A stretch of 58,741 nt of DNA from an uncultured Methanosarcinales archaeon (GCA_964593285.1 CAZQHZ010000008.1:1-58741), one strand, 5' to 3'. Counted from the first letter of the stretch, positions 20,584 to 31,106 are shown. Notes: generated by a model from the sequence alone, not told the origin. A program made the numbers and translations.

Positions 20584-22377
20584 ATGTTAAAATATAGTAA
20601 AGAATTTTTAAAAAAAATAAAAAAAATTGAAGAAGAAATTATTTTAATTATAATTATTATTTTAAATATTTTAGATTTTGCAGGATTATTAAATCCAGAT
20701 TTTGATTATGGTAAAAAAATTTTATCATGGACTGCACTTGGATATCTTTTCTATAAAGCAAATTTAACAAAATTATTTTTTGGTTTTAAAAATAAAAAAA
20801 TTGACCTTTTAATTATTTTATCTTTCTTTATATTAAGTTTCAAAAATATTATTGGCCATGCTATTAGTACAATTAATTTTTTTAAAACCAAATCAATTGA
20901 ATATTGGGCAAATATTTATCATACAAATACTATTCCTAAAAACTCTGAAATTATTAATGTAAAATCTAATCTAAATAATGTTGATTTAACAGGAGTTAAT
21001 ACACTTGATCTAAATACTTCGATATCACATTTAGCTGATAAATTAACATTTACTGAATTTTTAAGCCCAAATAATTTAATTTTAAATGTTAGCAATAATA
21101 TAAGCAATACTTATATGTACATTGAACCAAAATTTCTAGTACATAGATGGTTTAATTTTATTTTAGAAAACATTGAATTTTTCGCAGATTTTAGCTTGAT
21201 TTTTGGTAGCTTATTATTATGTTTTATTTCTTTTTATTGTGCTTTAAAATTTAATATTAAATCACCAAGTTTTCTTAATATTTTTAATATTTCAAAAAAA
21301 CCAAAAAATAATTTTAAAATTATATTCACGCGATTTATTATCATTTATTTATGTTTAAATATGTTTTTCATTATAGTATTTAATTTAGTTATGGAATGGC
21401 TAGCAATTGCAATTGATGCACCATTATTAGTAATTGTTTTATTTTTTTATCTATTGTTTTGGATAAAACATCACAATAAATTTAATACAGAAAGTTTTAT
21501 TTTTAGGGTTGGTAATTTTGGAAATTCATTTTATAATAGATTTATAAATTTATTTAAAACAAAAAAAGGTATTATTATTGCAATCTCTGGAATGCTTGTA
21601 TTACATCTATTAACTGAAATTGGAATTTTTATAATACCATATTTAACAGGATTAATTAACCCATTATATTTTAATCAATTACAAGGAAGTCATACACCTA
21701 TTTTTAGTTTTTTTGATTTATTTAATAGTTCAAAAGAAAGTTTATTCATTATAGATTTTTTAACAGTAAATACATTAATTGATAAATTACTAATATCTTA
21801 CATATATTTAACTAACGTAATTTTTATATTATCAATACTAATTATTCCTGCATTGATATGGTATAATTTATTTAAAGATAAAGAAATTAAAATTAATTGT
21901 TTTTTTCCTGCTATTTTTTTTGCATCTTTTGCAAGTTTTATTTTAGCACCAATATTTTTTATAACTAGAATATCTAAAGAAGGATTAATAGGTGTTAGTA
22001 TACAAACACAACCTTTAACTCATGGAGCTATATTTAACTTGATGAGTATTTTTTTAATTTCAATTTCAATTGGATTTTTATTTTTTTATGTTATTTTTTC
22101 AGAAAATTTACTAAAAAAATCAATTTATTTAATTTATTTTATAGCATTAATATTTTTTTCATGGTATATGGTTTTATTTTTTTTAGATTTATTTATCTAC
22201 TACACCAATTTCTTAAAATTAAACTATTTACAACTTTTTACTATATTTAATTTAAGTAAATTATTTCTTTTTTTAATTATGCTATTATTTTTTACTTTAT
22301 CTATTATTTTTTATTTTTTAGGATATTTTTCCATGATATATTTATTTATTAAAAAAATTTTAAATAAAAATAAATAA
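20584..22377 (+). CDS. multi-pass membrane protein of unknown function
   Basis: 597 aa with many hydrophobic segments; VMEWLAIAIDAP, SGMLVLHLLTEIG. Confidence 0.8.
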   Translation: MLKYSKEFLKKIKKIEEEIILIIIIILNILDFAGLLNPDFDYGKKILSWTALGYLFYKANLTKLFFGFKNKKIDLLIILSFFILSFKNIIGHAISTINFFKTKSIEYWANIYHTNTIPKNSEIINVKSNLNNVDLTGVNTLDLNTSISHLADKLTFTEFLSPNNLILNVSNNISNTYMYIEPKFLVHRWFNFILENIEFFADFSLIFGSLLLCFISFYCALKFNIKSPSFLNIFNISKKPKNNFKIIFTRFIIIYLCLNMFFIIVFNLVMEWLAIAIDAPLLVIVLFFYLLFWIKHHNKFNTESFIFRVGNFGNSFYNRFINLFKTKKGIIIAISGMLVLHLLTEIGIFIIPYLTGLINPLYFNQLQGSHTPIFSFFDLFNSSKESLFIIDFLTVNTLIDKLLISYIYLTNVIFILSILIIPALIWYNLFKDKEIKINCFFPAIFFASFASFILAPIFFITRISKEGLIGVSIQTQPLTHGAIFNLMSIFLISISIGFLFFYVIFSENLLKKSIYLIYFIALIFFSWYMVLFFLDLFIYYTNFLKLNYLQLFTIFNLSKLFLFLIMLLFFTLSIIFYFLGYFSMIYLFIKKILNKNK

Positions 22378-22517
22378 TTTTAAAATAAAAACTTAAATAA
22401 AATCTATTCTAAATTAATCTTTCTTTTTTTACTTTCTTTTTTTTACTTTCTTTTTTATGAATATAAAAAGAAACTCTAACCAAAATATTTTTAATGATTT
22501 GTTTTTTCAAAAAATAT

Positions 22518-24275
22518 ATGGCAAGAATTGCAGTAATGCATAAAAATAAATGTAATTATGATGGATGTGGTAATTATTTATGTATAAAATTATGTCCAGT
22601 AAATAGAACAGGGCATGAATGCATAATTAAAGGTGACGATAATAAACCAATAATTGATGAAAATATTTGTACGGGCTGTGGTATATGTCAAAATAGATGT
22701 CCATTCGATGCAATTTCCATAATTAATCTACCACAAGAATTAAACACAACACCAATACACAGATACGGAAAAAATGGTTTTGCTTTATATTCCTTGCCAT
22801 CACCTGTATTTGGAAAAGTTACTGGAATTTTAGGTAAAAATGGTATTGGTAAATCAACTGCAATTAAAATTTTTGCAGATATAATAAAACCAAATTTTGG
22901 CAGAGAAGATAAAACCAGTAATATTGACGATCTAATTTCATTTTTTCGAGGAACTGAAAAACAAAATTTTTTTGAAAATTTAAAAAAAGGAAAAATTATT
23001 ACTAGTTACAAACCACAATCCGTTGATTTAATTCCAAAAACAGTTAAAGGAAAAGTTAAAGATTTATTATTAAAAGTTGATGAAATTAATTCTTTTGACA
23101 AAATCATAAATCAATTAGATTTAAATAAAATTTTAGATAAAAATATAGATACTATTTCTGGAGGAGAATTACAAAGGGTTGCAATAGCTGCAACTGTATT
23201 AAAAAAAGCAAATTTATATATTTTCGATGAACCAACTTCATACTTAGATATAAAACAAAGACTACTAATTTCTAAATTTATAAAAAATTTAGCTAATGAA
23301 AATACAAGTGTACTTGTAATTGAACACGATATTGTTGCATTAGATTATATGGCAGATATTATTAATATCATGTATGGAAAAGAAGATGCATATGGAGTTG
23401 TTAGTCATCCAAGAACTGCAAAAGAAGGAATAAATGTATTTTTAGAAGGAAACTTAAAAGAAGAAAATATAAGATTTAGAGATTATAAAATCAAATTTGA
23501 AATAAAAGCACCAATAATTAAAAAAAAAGAAAATATATTAACAAATTGGGACAATATTAAAAAAAAATTCTTTGATTTTTCATTGGAGCTAAAAAAAGGA
23601 GAAATTTTTTCTCAAGAAATTTTAGGTGTTGTTGGTGAAAATGGAATTGGAAAAACAACTTTTATGAAAATTTTATCAGGTATTGAAAAAACCGATAGTG
23701 GAAAAATCGATAAAAAAATTAAAATAAGTTATAAACCACAATACATTGATAACAATTCTGATGAATTAATCGCAAATATTTTACATAATGCAATTAAAAA
23801 AAACGAAACTGAATTAATTAAACCACTAAATCTACAAGGTTTATTAACAAGAAAATTAAATGAAATTTCTGGTGGACAATTACAAAGAGTTGCTATTGCA
23901 AAAGCCCTATCAGAAGATTGTGATGTGGTTTTATTAGATGAACCTTCAGCATACTTAGATATAGAACAACGTCTTGTTTTATCTAAAATAATTTTAAATA
24001 TATTATCTGTAAAAAATATTTCAATTGTTGTTGTTGATCACGATTTAGTTTTCATAGATAGTTTAGCAAATCGTATTATATTTTTTGATGGCACACCTGC
24101 AGTAAATGGAATTGCAAATGAACCGATTAATTTAGAAGAAGGCATGAATATGCTTTTAGAAAAAGTACAAATAACCCTACGTAGAGAAATGCATAGTGGT
24201 AGACCAAGAATTAATAAATACGATTCAACAAAAGATAAAGAACAAAAAAAAAGTGGTAAATACTATTACTCATAA
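22518..24275 (+). CDS. rli: ribosome recycling ATPase ABCE1/RLI
   Basis: N-terminal Fe-S domain (CPVNR, CTGCGICQNRCPF), two ABC domains, terminal RPRINK..KEQK..YYY. Confidence 0.97.
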   Translation: MARIAVMHKNKCNYDGCGNYLCIKLCPVNRTGHECIIKGDDNKPIIDENICTGCGICQNRCPFDAISIINLPQELNTTPIHRYGKNGFALYSLPSPVFGKVTGILGKNGIGKSTAIKIFADIIKPNFGREDKTSNIDDLISFFRGTEKQNFFENLKKGKIITSYKPQSVDLIPKTVKGKVKDLLLKVDEINSFDKIINQLDLNKILDKNIDTISGGELQRVAIAATVLKKANLYIFDEPTSYLDIKQRLLISKFIKNLANENTSVLVIEHDIVALDYMADIINIMYGKEDAYGVVSHPRTAKEGINVFLEGNLKEENIRFRDYKIKFEIKAPIIKKKENILTNWDNIKKKFFDFSLELKKGEIFSQEILGVVGENGIGKTTFMKILSGIEKTDSGKIDKKIKISYKPQYIDNNSDELIANILHNAIKKNETELIKPLNLQGLLTRKLNEISGGQLQRVAIAKALSEDCDVVLLDEPSAYLDIEQRLVLSKIILNILSVKNISIVVVDHDLVFIDSLANRIIFFDGTPAVNGIANEPINLEEGMNMLLEKVQITLRREMHSGRPRINKYDSTKDKEQKKSGKYYYS

Positions 24276-25014
24276 AAAAAAGAAAAAAAGTATTTATTTT
24301 AAATTTATTAAAAAAAATATATATCTATTTATTATTTCATTTTTAATTTTTATTTTAATTCTTTTAACTAACACACTTTTAATTTTTTATGATAATAAAT
24401 TTACAACTAATCAATTTAAACTAAATAATGCATATTATACAATAGAAAATGTTTCACTAATAGACAAAGAAATACGTGAATATTTAACATTTAAAAAAAA
24501 CAATTTAACAACTAATTTTTTAAATGAAAAAGAAAAAAAACATTTATATGATGTAAAAATATTATTTTTACTAGGGATGATTTTATCCATTATTTTGCTA
24601 ATCAGTATAATTTATTCATTTTTTAAATTATATAAGAAAATCAAAACCAATAATAATAAAATAAATAAAATTTATCAAAAAGAAATAAATTTTAAAAAGT
24701 TCATTAAAAAATTATCAAACATTTTTTTAATTTCATTTTTTATTTCACTAATTTTTGGATTAATATGTTATTTATTAAAAAACATGTTTAATTTCTTTTT
24801 TATACTATTTCACAAAATATTTTTTTTTAATGATTTATGGATTATGGATATAAATGATAAAATTACATTATTATACTCTAATTCATTTTTTTTAAATTCA
24901 ATTATAGCTATTATCTTTAGAACTATTTTAATATTATTTTCTTTATCTATTATCATTTATTTATTTTATTACATTTTATTTAATTTATTATCATTAAATA
25001 AGTACAAAAAATAA
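24196..25014 (+). CDS. DUF1461/TIGR01906 membrane protein (Lit-like)
   Basis: EKKHLYDVK and FFILFHKIFFFNDLW motifs, four TM segments; true start may be GTG at 24253. Confidence 0.72.
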   Translation: MVDQELINTIQQKIKNKKKVVNTITHKKKKKSIYFKFIKKNIYLFIISFLIFILILLTNTLLIFYDNKFTTNQFKLNNAYYTIENVSLIDKEIREYLTFKKNNLTTNFLNEKEKKHLYDVKILFLLGMILSIILLISIIYSFFKLYKKIKTNNNKINKIYQKEINFKKFIKKLSNIFLISFFISLIFGLICYLLKNMFNFFFILFHKIFFFNDLWIMDINDKITLLYSNSFFLNSIIAIIFRTILILFSLSIIIYLFYYILFNLLSLNKYKK

Positions 25015-25149
25015 ATAATTATTCGATAAAAACACAACATTTATATATTATTTATAACAAAATAAATAATGGGGTTAATATTAATTAATTTAATTTTTAA
25101 AATAAAATAGAAATAATTATTTTATTATTGAAATTTGGTGGGATTTCAT

Positions 25150-25752
25150 ATGTATAAAAAAGCTGAAATGGGTGTTGGAACATTAATTGTATTTATTGCA
25201 ATGCTCTTAGTTGCTGCAATTGCTGCAGGTGTATTAATACAAACAGTAGGATCCTTGCAAGAAAAATCTCTTGCAACAGGACAGCAAGCAAAAACACAGA
25301 TTTCAACTAATGTTGATACAATTGAAGTTTCTGCAACAGATGGTAGAAATTCTAAATTAACAGAATTTGAACAAAGAATGAAATTATCTTCTGGATCAGA
25401 TCCAATAAAACTTGCTGAAGTAATTATAACTTTAACTACACATAATTCTTCACTAATTTTAAAATATTCAAACAATACATTATGTCAAAGAAATAAAACA
25501 CATGGATATAGTGTAAATGAAACAACTAATGAAGGTGTTTTTACAGTAATTTATGAACAAGAAGGAAGTAATTATGTTCCGGGTAATTTACAGCGAGGAG
25601 ATGGAATTAGAATTTGTTATGGTGTAGCTACAAGTGTTGGACCTGATGAATTAATTAGAATTAATTTTATTCCAAAAACAGGTTCATCAATTCCAAGGGA
25701 ATTTATAACTCCTACTGTTATTTCAACACAAAGAGTTTATCTATACCCTTAA
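25150..25752 (+). CDS. flaB: archaellin 3
   Basis: MYKKA/EMGVGTLIVFIAMLLVAAIAAGVL; N-terminus nearly identical to archaellin 1. Confidence 0.93.
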   Translation: MYKKAEMGVGTLIVFIAMLLVAAIAAGVLIQTVGSLQEKSLATGQQAKTQISTNVDTIEVSATDGRNSKLTEFEQRMKLSSGSDPIKLAEVIITLTTHNSSLILKYSNNTLCQRNKTHGYSVNETTNEGVFTVIYEQEGSNYVPGNLQRGDGIRICYGVATSVGPDELIRINFIPKTGSSIPREFITPTVISTQRVYLYP

Positions 25753-25787
25753 ATATTGTTTTTAATAAAATAAAGGAGGCGATTAAA

Positions 25788-26015
25788 ATAGTTATTACAA
25801 AAAAAAGAGTACAATCCCATATATTAGAAAAAGTTATTTTTGGTCTAATGGGTCTATTTGGTCTTGCAGCAATATTTATTTTTATAATGTCAATAAATAT
25901 TGGTGTACTAGCACAAGATGTTGCAATGATTTTAATATTGCTTATAGTAGTAATAGCAATATTAGCTCAAACTGTAGTTTTAATAAAAATTTATGAGCAA
26001 ACTTTAAAAAAATAA
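25788..26015 (+). CDS. small two-TM membrane protein, not in ORF track
   Basis: strong RBS AAGGAGG at 25773-25779; open frame with two hydrophobic helices; start ATA at 25788 or ATG at 25848. Confidence 0.55.
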   Translation: MVITKKRVQSHILEKVIFGLMGLFGLAAIFIFIMSINIGVLAQDVAMILILLIVVIAILAQTVVLIKIYEQTLKK

Positions 26016-26088
26016 TTTTTATTTTTTTATATTTTTCACTGGACATTGTTAGATAACATTTTTATATATTCTAATAAATCTAAAGTAA

Positions 26089-28374
26089 ATGATTAAAGAT
26101 TTTTCTCCAAGATTATATCAAGAAACAATTTTTGCAAATTCTATTAGTCAAAATACTCTAATTGTACTACCAACTGGACTTGGAAAAACAAATATTTTTT
26201 TAATGATTGCAGCACATAGATTAAAATTATATCCAAAGTCAAAAATTTTATTTCTTGGTCCAACAAGACCTTTAATAAATCAATATTTTGAAGTTTTTAG
26301 TAAATACTTTGAGATTGAAAAAGAAAAAATGTGTATTTTAACAGGAATGGTTAAACCACAAAAAAGAATTGAATTATGGAATAATTCAACGATTATTTTT
26401 TCAACACCACAAGGTTTAGAAAATGATATAATAAGTGAAAAAATAAAATTAGATAATGTTTCATTACTTGGAATTGATGAAGCTCACCGTGCTGTTGGTG
26501 ATTATTCATATGTATATATTGCAAAAAATTACCATGAAAAATCAATGTATGAATTAATAATTGCATTAACTGCATCACCTGGTAGCGATATTGAAAAAAT
26601 TGAAGAAGTTATTAAAAATTTATATATTGAAAATATTGAAGCTAAAAGTGATGATGATTTAGATGTTAAAGAATATATTAAAAAAGTTTCAACTACATGG
26701 ATTGGTGTAGATTTTCCTAATAAATTAAATAGAATTTACACATATTTAAAAGAATGCTTAAAATCAAAACTTTTGCTTATAAAAGAACAAGGTTTTTTAG
26801 ATGTAATTAACATAAATAATGTTTCAAGAAGAGAAATGTTATTAATTCAAGCAACATTACAAGGAGAATTAGCTAGAGGAAATAAAGATTTTAGCGTATT
26901 AAAAAGTTTATCTTATGCTGCTGAAGCGATGAAAATTCAACATGCAATAGAATTAATTGAAACACAAGGACTCTATTCATTAAAATTATATCTTGAAAGC
27001 ATAATTGAGCAATCTTATAAAACTAAAACAAAAGCTATATTAAATTTAGTTAACGATATCAATTTTAAATCAGCTTTAATTTTATCACAAAAAATTAATG
27101 CAGATGGATTTTTACATCCAAAAATTAGCAAATTAATTGAAATTTTAAAAAATAAAATTACCAACAAAAATAAAAAAGCAATAATTTTTACTCAATTTAG
27201 AGATACTGGAAAAAATTTAGTTGAAATTCTAAATAAAAATAAAAACATAAAAGCTGAATTATTTGTTGGACAAGCAAAAAAAAATAATAATACTGGTTTA
27301 ACACAAAAAAAACAAATAGAATTAATTAATGATTTTAAAGAAAATAAATTTAATGTTTTAATTTCAAGTTCTGTTGGTGAAGAAGGTTTAGATGTTCCTC
27401 AAGTTGATTTAGTTGTTTTTTATGAACCAATCCCATCTGCTATTAGACATATTCAACGAAGAGGAAGAACAGGAAGACAAGAATCTGGTGAAGTTATTAT
27501 CTTATTTACAAAAAAAACAAGAGATGAAATTTATAGATGGGCAGCTCCAAGAAAAGAAAAAAAAATGTTTTCTTTAATTGAAAAAGTTAAAAAAAAAATA
27601 CAATTTAAATTAATAGATAATGGATTTAATAGTAAATTTAATTACAACAATGTAAATAATAAACTTACAAATTATTTAACTGATAATCAACATTTAACTG
27701 AAAATGAAGATGAAATAAAAGAAACAAGAATTTTAATATATGCAGATTATCGAGAAAAAGGAAATAAAATTATAAAAGAATTGATAAATAATAAAATACA
27801 AATCAAACTTGAAAAATTAGAATATGGAGATTATTTATTAAGTGATGATTGTTGCATAGAATTTAAAACAAAAATAGATTTTGTTGACTCAATACTTGAT
27901 GGTAGATTACTTGAACAAGTTAAAAATTTAAAATTTAGATATAATAAACCAATAATTATTCTTCAAGGTGAAGAAGATTTATATTCTCTAAGAAATATAC
28001 ATCCAAATGCAATAAGAGGAATGATTGCAACAATTACAGTCTCTTTTAATGTGCCTATAATTTACACAAAAAATAATATTGATACATCGCTAATGTTAAT
28101 GTTTATTGCAAAAAAAGAACAAACCAATAATGATAAAGAATTTATGCCACATTTTGAAAAAAACATTACTTCAAATAAAGCTACACAAGAATACATTATT
28201 TCTTCATTTCCAGGTATTGGAGGATTACTATCAAAATCAATTTTAAAAGAATTTAATACGATAAAAAATTTTGTTAATTCTGATATTGATAAATTAAAAA
28301 ATGTTGAAAAAATAGGAAATAAAAAAGCAAAACAAATAATAGATATAATTAATAATTCATACAAAGATAATTAG
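26089..28374 (+). CDS. hef: Hef helicase/nuclease (DEAH helicase plus ERCC4 and HhH)
   Basis: PTGLGKT, DEAHRAVG, TASPG, GEEGLD, QRRGRTGR; C-terminal ADYRE, GDY, EFKT..D nuclease. Confidence 0.95.
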   Translation: MIKDFSPRLYQETIFANSISQNTLIVLPTGLGKTNIFLMIAAHRLKLYPKSKILFLGPTRPLINQYFEVFSKYFEIEKEKMCILTGMVKPQKRIELWNNSTIIFSTPQGLENDIISEKIKLDNVSLLGIDEAHRAVGDYSYVYIAKNYHEKSMYELIIALTASPGSDIEKIEEVIKNLYIENIEAKSDDDLDVKEYIKKVSTTWIGVDFPNKLNRIYTYLKECLKSKLLLIKEQGFLDVININNVSRREMLLIQATLQGELARGNKDFSVLKSLSYAAEAMKIQHAIELIETQGLYSLKLYLESIIEQSYKTKTKAILNLVNDINFKSALILSQKINADGFLHPKISKLIEILKNKITNKNKKAIIFTQFRDTGKNLVEILNKNKNIKAELFVGQAKKNNNTGLTQKKQIELINDFKENKFNVLISSSVGEEGLDVPQVDLVVFYEPIPSAIRHIQRRGRTGRQESGEVIILFTKKTRDEIYRWAAPRKEKKMFSLIEKVKKKIQFKLIDNGFNSKFNYNNVNNKLTNYLTDNQHLTENEDEIKETRILIYADYREKGNKIIKELINNKIQIKLEKLEYGDYLLSDDCCIEFKTKIDFVDSILDGRLLEQVKNLKFRYNKPIIILQGEEDLYSLRNIHPNAIRGMIATITVSFNVPIIYTKNNIDTSLMLMFIAKKEQTNNDKEFMPHFEKNITSNKATQEYIISSFPGIGGLLSKSILKEFNTIKNFVNSDIDKLKNVEKIGNKKAKQIIDIINNSYKDN

Positions 28375-28388
28375 TAATTTTATAAAAA

Positions 28389-28739
28389 ATGGAAAATTTT
28401 ATTGAATGGATAGATGAAATAAATTCTTCAAATAAATTAATTATAGTTGAAGGCAAAAAGGATTTAATCTCATTAAAAAAATTAGATATTAAAAATAACA
28501 TTATTATGCTTAGTAAAAAACCATTATATTTAATTTGTGAAGAAATTTCAAATACTACAAAAGATGTAATTATATTAACAGATTTTGATAAAAAAGGAAT
28601 TGAATTATATAAAAAATTAAATGTTAATTTACAAAATCTTGGTGTTAAAATTGATAAAAAATACAGAATTTGGCTTAAAAAAAATACTAAAATTAGCCAT
28701 ATAGAAGGAATTTCAAAATTACTAAAATATTATAAATAA
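28389..28739 (+). CDS. small TOPRIM domain protein
   Basis: IIVEGKKD and ILTDFDKKG motifs. Confidence 0.88.
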   Translation: MENFIEWIDEINSSNKLIIVEGKKDLISLKKLDIKNNIIMLSKKPLYLICEEISNTTKDVIILTDFDKKGIELYKKLNVNLQNLGVKIDKKYRIWLKKNTKISHIEGISKLLKYYK

Positions 28740-28754
28740 ATAAATAAATAAATA
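28733..28754. repeat. (TAAA)n microsatellite
   Basis: about five units overlapping the toprim stop codon. Confidence 0.7.
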
Positions 28755-28910
28755 GTTAAGCCAGAAAATCTTAACAATCAAAGCGAAAAAATCTTTATTC
28801 ATTTCTAATTAAAAAAATGTATCCAAATTATAACAAAGATTATTGCCATTGAAAACAGCTTGTAATAAAATAAAAAATTTAATAAATGATTAAATTTTTA
28901 GAATAAAAAA

Positions 28911-29447
28911 ATGATTATAACTCTATCAGGAACACCAGCCTCTGGAAAAAGCAGTATTGCAAAATTATTGGCAAAAAAACTAAGCTATAAGCATTATTCT
29001 ATGGGTGATTTGCAAAGAGATATTGCAAAACAAAAAGGCATTACTATCACTGAACTTGGAATTTTACAATCAAAAGATAAATCTATTGATTTAATGATTG
29101 ATGAAAAACAAAAAAATCTTGGATTAAATGAAGACAATTTTGTTTTAGATTCAAGATTATCAGCAAAATTTATCAATAACTCAATTAAAATATTTGTTGA
29201 TGCAGACCCAATTATTAGAGCACAAAGGCGATTTAATGAAAAGCGTGATGGTGAAAATTTTGATGATTTAGATAAAACCATTGAAAATATGGCATTAAGA
29301 GAAAAAATAAACCAAGAAAGATTTATTAAATTTTATGATTTTGATTTTTTAGATTTAACAAATTATGACTTAATTATCGATAGTTCGTCTTTAAATATTA
29401 ATGAATGTGTTGACAAAATTGTTGATTATTGTAATTTAATTTCTTAA
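28911..29447 (+). CDS. cmk: cytidylate kinase (archaeal type)
   Basis: ITLSGTPASGKSS, SMGD, DSRL, YDLIIDS. Confidence 0.9.
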   Translation: MIITLSGTPASGKSSIAKLLAKKLSYKHYSMGDLQRDIAKQKGITITELGILQSKDKSIDLMIDEKQKNLGLNEDNFVLDSRLSAKFINNSIKIFVDADPIIRAQRRFNEKRDGENFDDLDKTIENMALREKINQERFIKFYDFDFLDLTNYDLIIDSSSLNINECVDKIVDYCNLIS

Positions 29448-29516
29448 AATTAAATTTAAAATTATTAAAAATTTTAAAAAATTAAGATTTTTTAATTTTA
29501 TAATAGTTAATTTTTC

Positions 29517-29738
29517 GTAAGTATAAAGTCAGGTATAAAAAAAGGCAATATCTTCAAAACTTTTTATGATTTTATTAAAGGTTCTGCGTTCCCGTATGGA
29601 GTTCTATCACTAGCGTTCAAAAGTTTATAATCTTACGAGATTATAAACCAACCCCTCGCAAGCGAACTATATTTTTTGTTATAACAAAGTTTTGACCTTA
29701 TGATATTGCCTTTTTTCAAATATAGACTTTATACTTAC
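29517..29738 (+). repeat. fold-back non-coding element, copy B (MITE-like or structured nucleic acid)
   Basis: nested inverted repeats: GTAAGTATAAAGTC 29517-29530/29725-29738, AAAAAAGGCAATATC 29538-29552/29702-29716, TCAAAACTTT 29554-29563/29686-29695; internal hairpin 29623-29648. Confidence 0.85.
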
Positions 29739-29893
29739 AATTTTTCAAAAGATTTAAATATATAATTAACTATATATACCTTATTTGAGTAAAAATTACA
29801 TCAATTAATATATTTTATAAAAAATATTAAATAATTTTATCTATCTATATAAATTGAATACTTACATTATTAAAAAAATATTAAAAAATAAAA

Positions 29894-30085
29894 ATGGCAA
29901 TAAATTTTTTTAATTCAGTTGATTTTTTAGAACCAAAATGCAAAAATTGTGGTTTTAAAATTGATTATGGTGTTACAACTAGATGGGATGATAAAATTAA
30001 TGGGCATATTTGCATAAAATGTAACAAGCCTCTTGAAACAGAAGAAAAAAATATACAAATAGATAATGAAACTTATGTTGATTAA
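29894..30085 (+). CDS. small zinc-ribbon protein
   Basis: CKNC...CIKC in 63 aa. Confidence 0.7.
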   Translation: MAINFFNSVDFLEPKCKNCGFKIDYGVTTRWDDKINGHICIKCNKPLETEEKNIQIDNETYVD

Positions 30086-30382
30086 TTTTTTTATAAAAAA
30101 CACAAAAAATCTTATTTTGACTTTTTTTTCCATAAAGAGAAGTATTTAAGCTTTTTTTTAATTAAAAAAGTTAATTTGCCCTTATTTTACATTGTAATAG
30201 TTTTAAATTGATTGTTTATTTATTTTTTATATTTTATATAATATAAATATTTAAAAAGGGTAGAAACAAAAAATATACTAGGTCTGTTGGGGGATGGGTC
30301 TAATGGCATAATAAACAAATAGATTAATTTATGCAAAAAGAACCTTCTCAAATTAATAGAAAATAGTTGGGGGTATTTTAAA

Positions 30383-30889
30383 ATGAGATTAACAAATAAA
30401 ATTATTAATGAAACAATTATTGAAGCGGTTGGCGAAGAAGCTTTACCTATTGTTGAATTTTTAAAAAATAAAACAAACATATCTGAATTTATAATTGCAG
30501 AAAAAACAGGTATTGAAGTACATGGTGTAAGAAACATATTGTATAAATTACAAAGATTTAATCTTGCAACATATAGAAGAAAAAAAGATTCAAAAAAAGG
30601 ATATTATATTAGTTATTGGACTTTTTTTCCAAAGCGAGTTAAAGACGTAATTGAAGAAATTAGATTACAAAAATTAGAAAGATTAAAAGAAAGATTAATT
30701 AAAGAAGAATCTAATAAAAATTGTTTTTTTATATGTCGAAATACTTGCGTTAGACTTGATTTTGAACAAGCAACAAACGTAGAATACAAATGTCCTGAAT
30801 GTGGTGCATTGATGATTCAACAAGACAATACACGAACAATAGATCATTTAAAAGAACAAATAAAAGAAATAGAAACAGTAACTGTTTAA
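30383..30889 (+). CDS. tfe: transcription factor E (TFIIE alpha)
   Basis: wHTH SEFIIAEKTG..VRNILYKL, GYYISYW, zinc ribbon C..C / YKCPECG. Confidence 0.93.
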   Translation: MRLTNKIINETIIEAVGEEALPIVEFLKNKTNISEFIIAEKTGIEVHGVRNILYKLQRFNLATYRRKKDSKKGYYISYWTFFPKRVKDVIEEIRLQKLERLKERLIKEESNKNCFFICRNTCVRLDFEQATNVEYKCPECGALMIQQDNTRTIDHLKEQIKEIETVTV

Positions 30890-30944
30890 TTTTTTTATTT
30901 CTATTTTATCTAATTTTTTTTAGTAAAAATAAAAGGTGATAATA

Positions 30945-31106
30945 ATGTTGATAGTAAAATCTAAAATAAAAGAAATTGTTGGAAATTTTAATGTTTCATC
31001 TGATTTTGCAGATGCTTTAGATAACGAAGTTTTAAAATTAGTAAAAAAAGCAATAACTCGAGCAGAATCTAATGGAAGAAAAACAATAATGGCAAAAGAT
31101 TTATAA
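30945..31106 (+). CDS. minimal histone-fold protein (DUF1931-like), not in ORF track
   Basis: MLIVKSKIKE..NVSSDFADAL...AITRAESNGRKTIMAKDL; RBS AGGTGA at 30934-30939. Confidence 0.88.
   Translation: MLIVKSKIKEIVGNFNVSSDFADALDNEVLKLVKKAITRAESNGRKTIMAKDL

Noticed and set aside
25117..25773. 11-bp inverted repeat around archaellin 3
   Set aside because: All A/T and expected by chance at this composition
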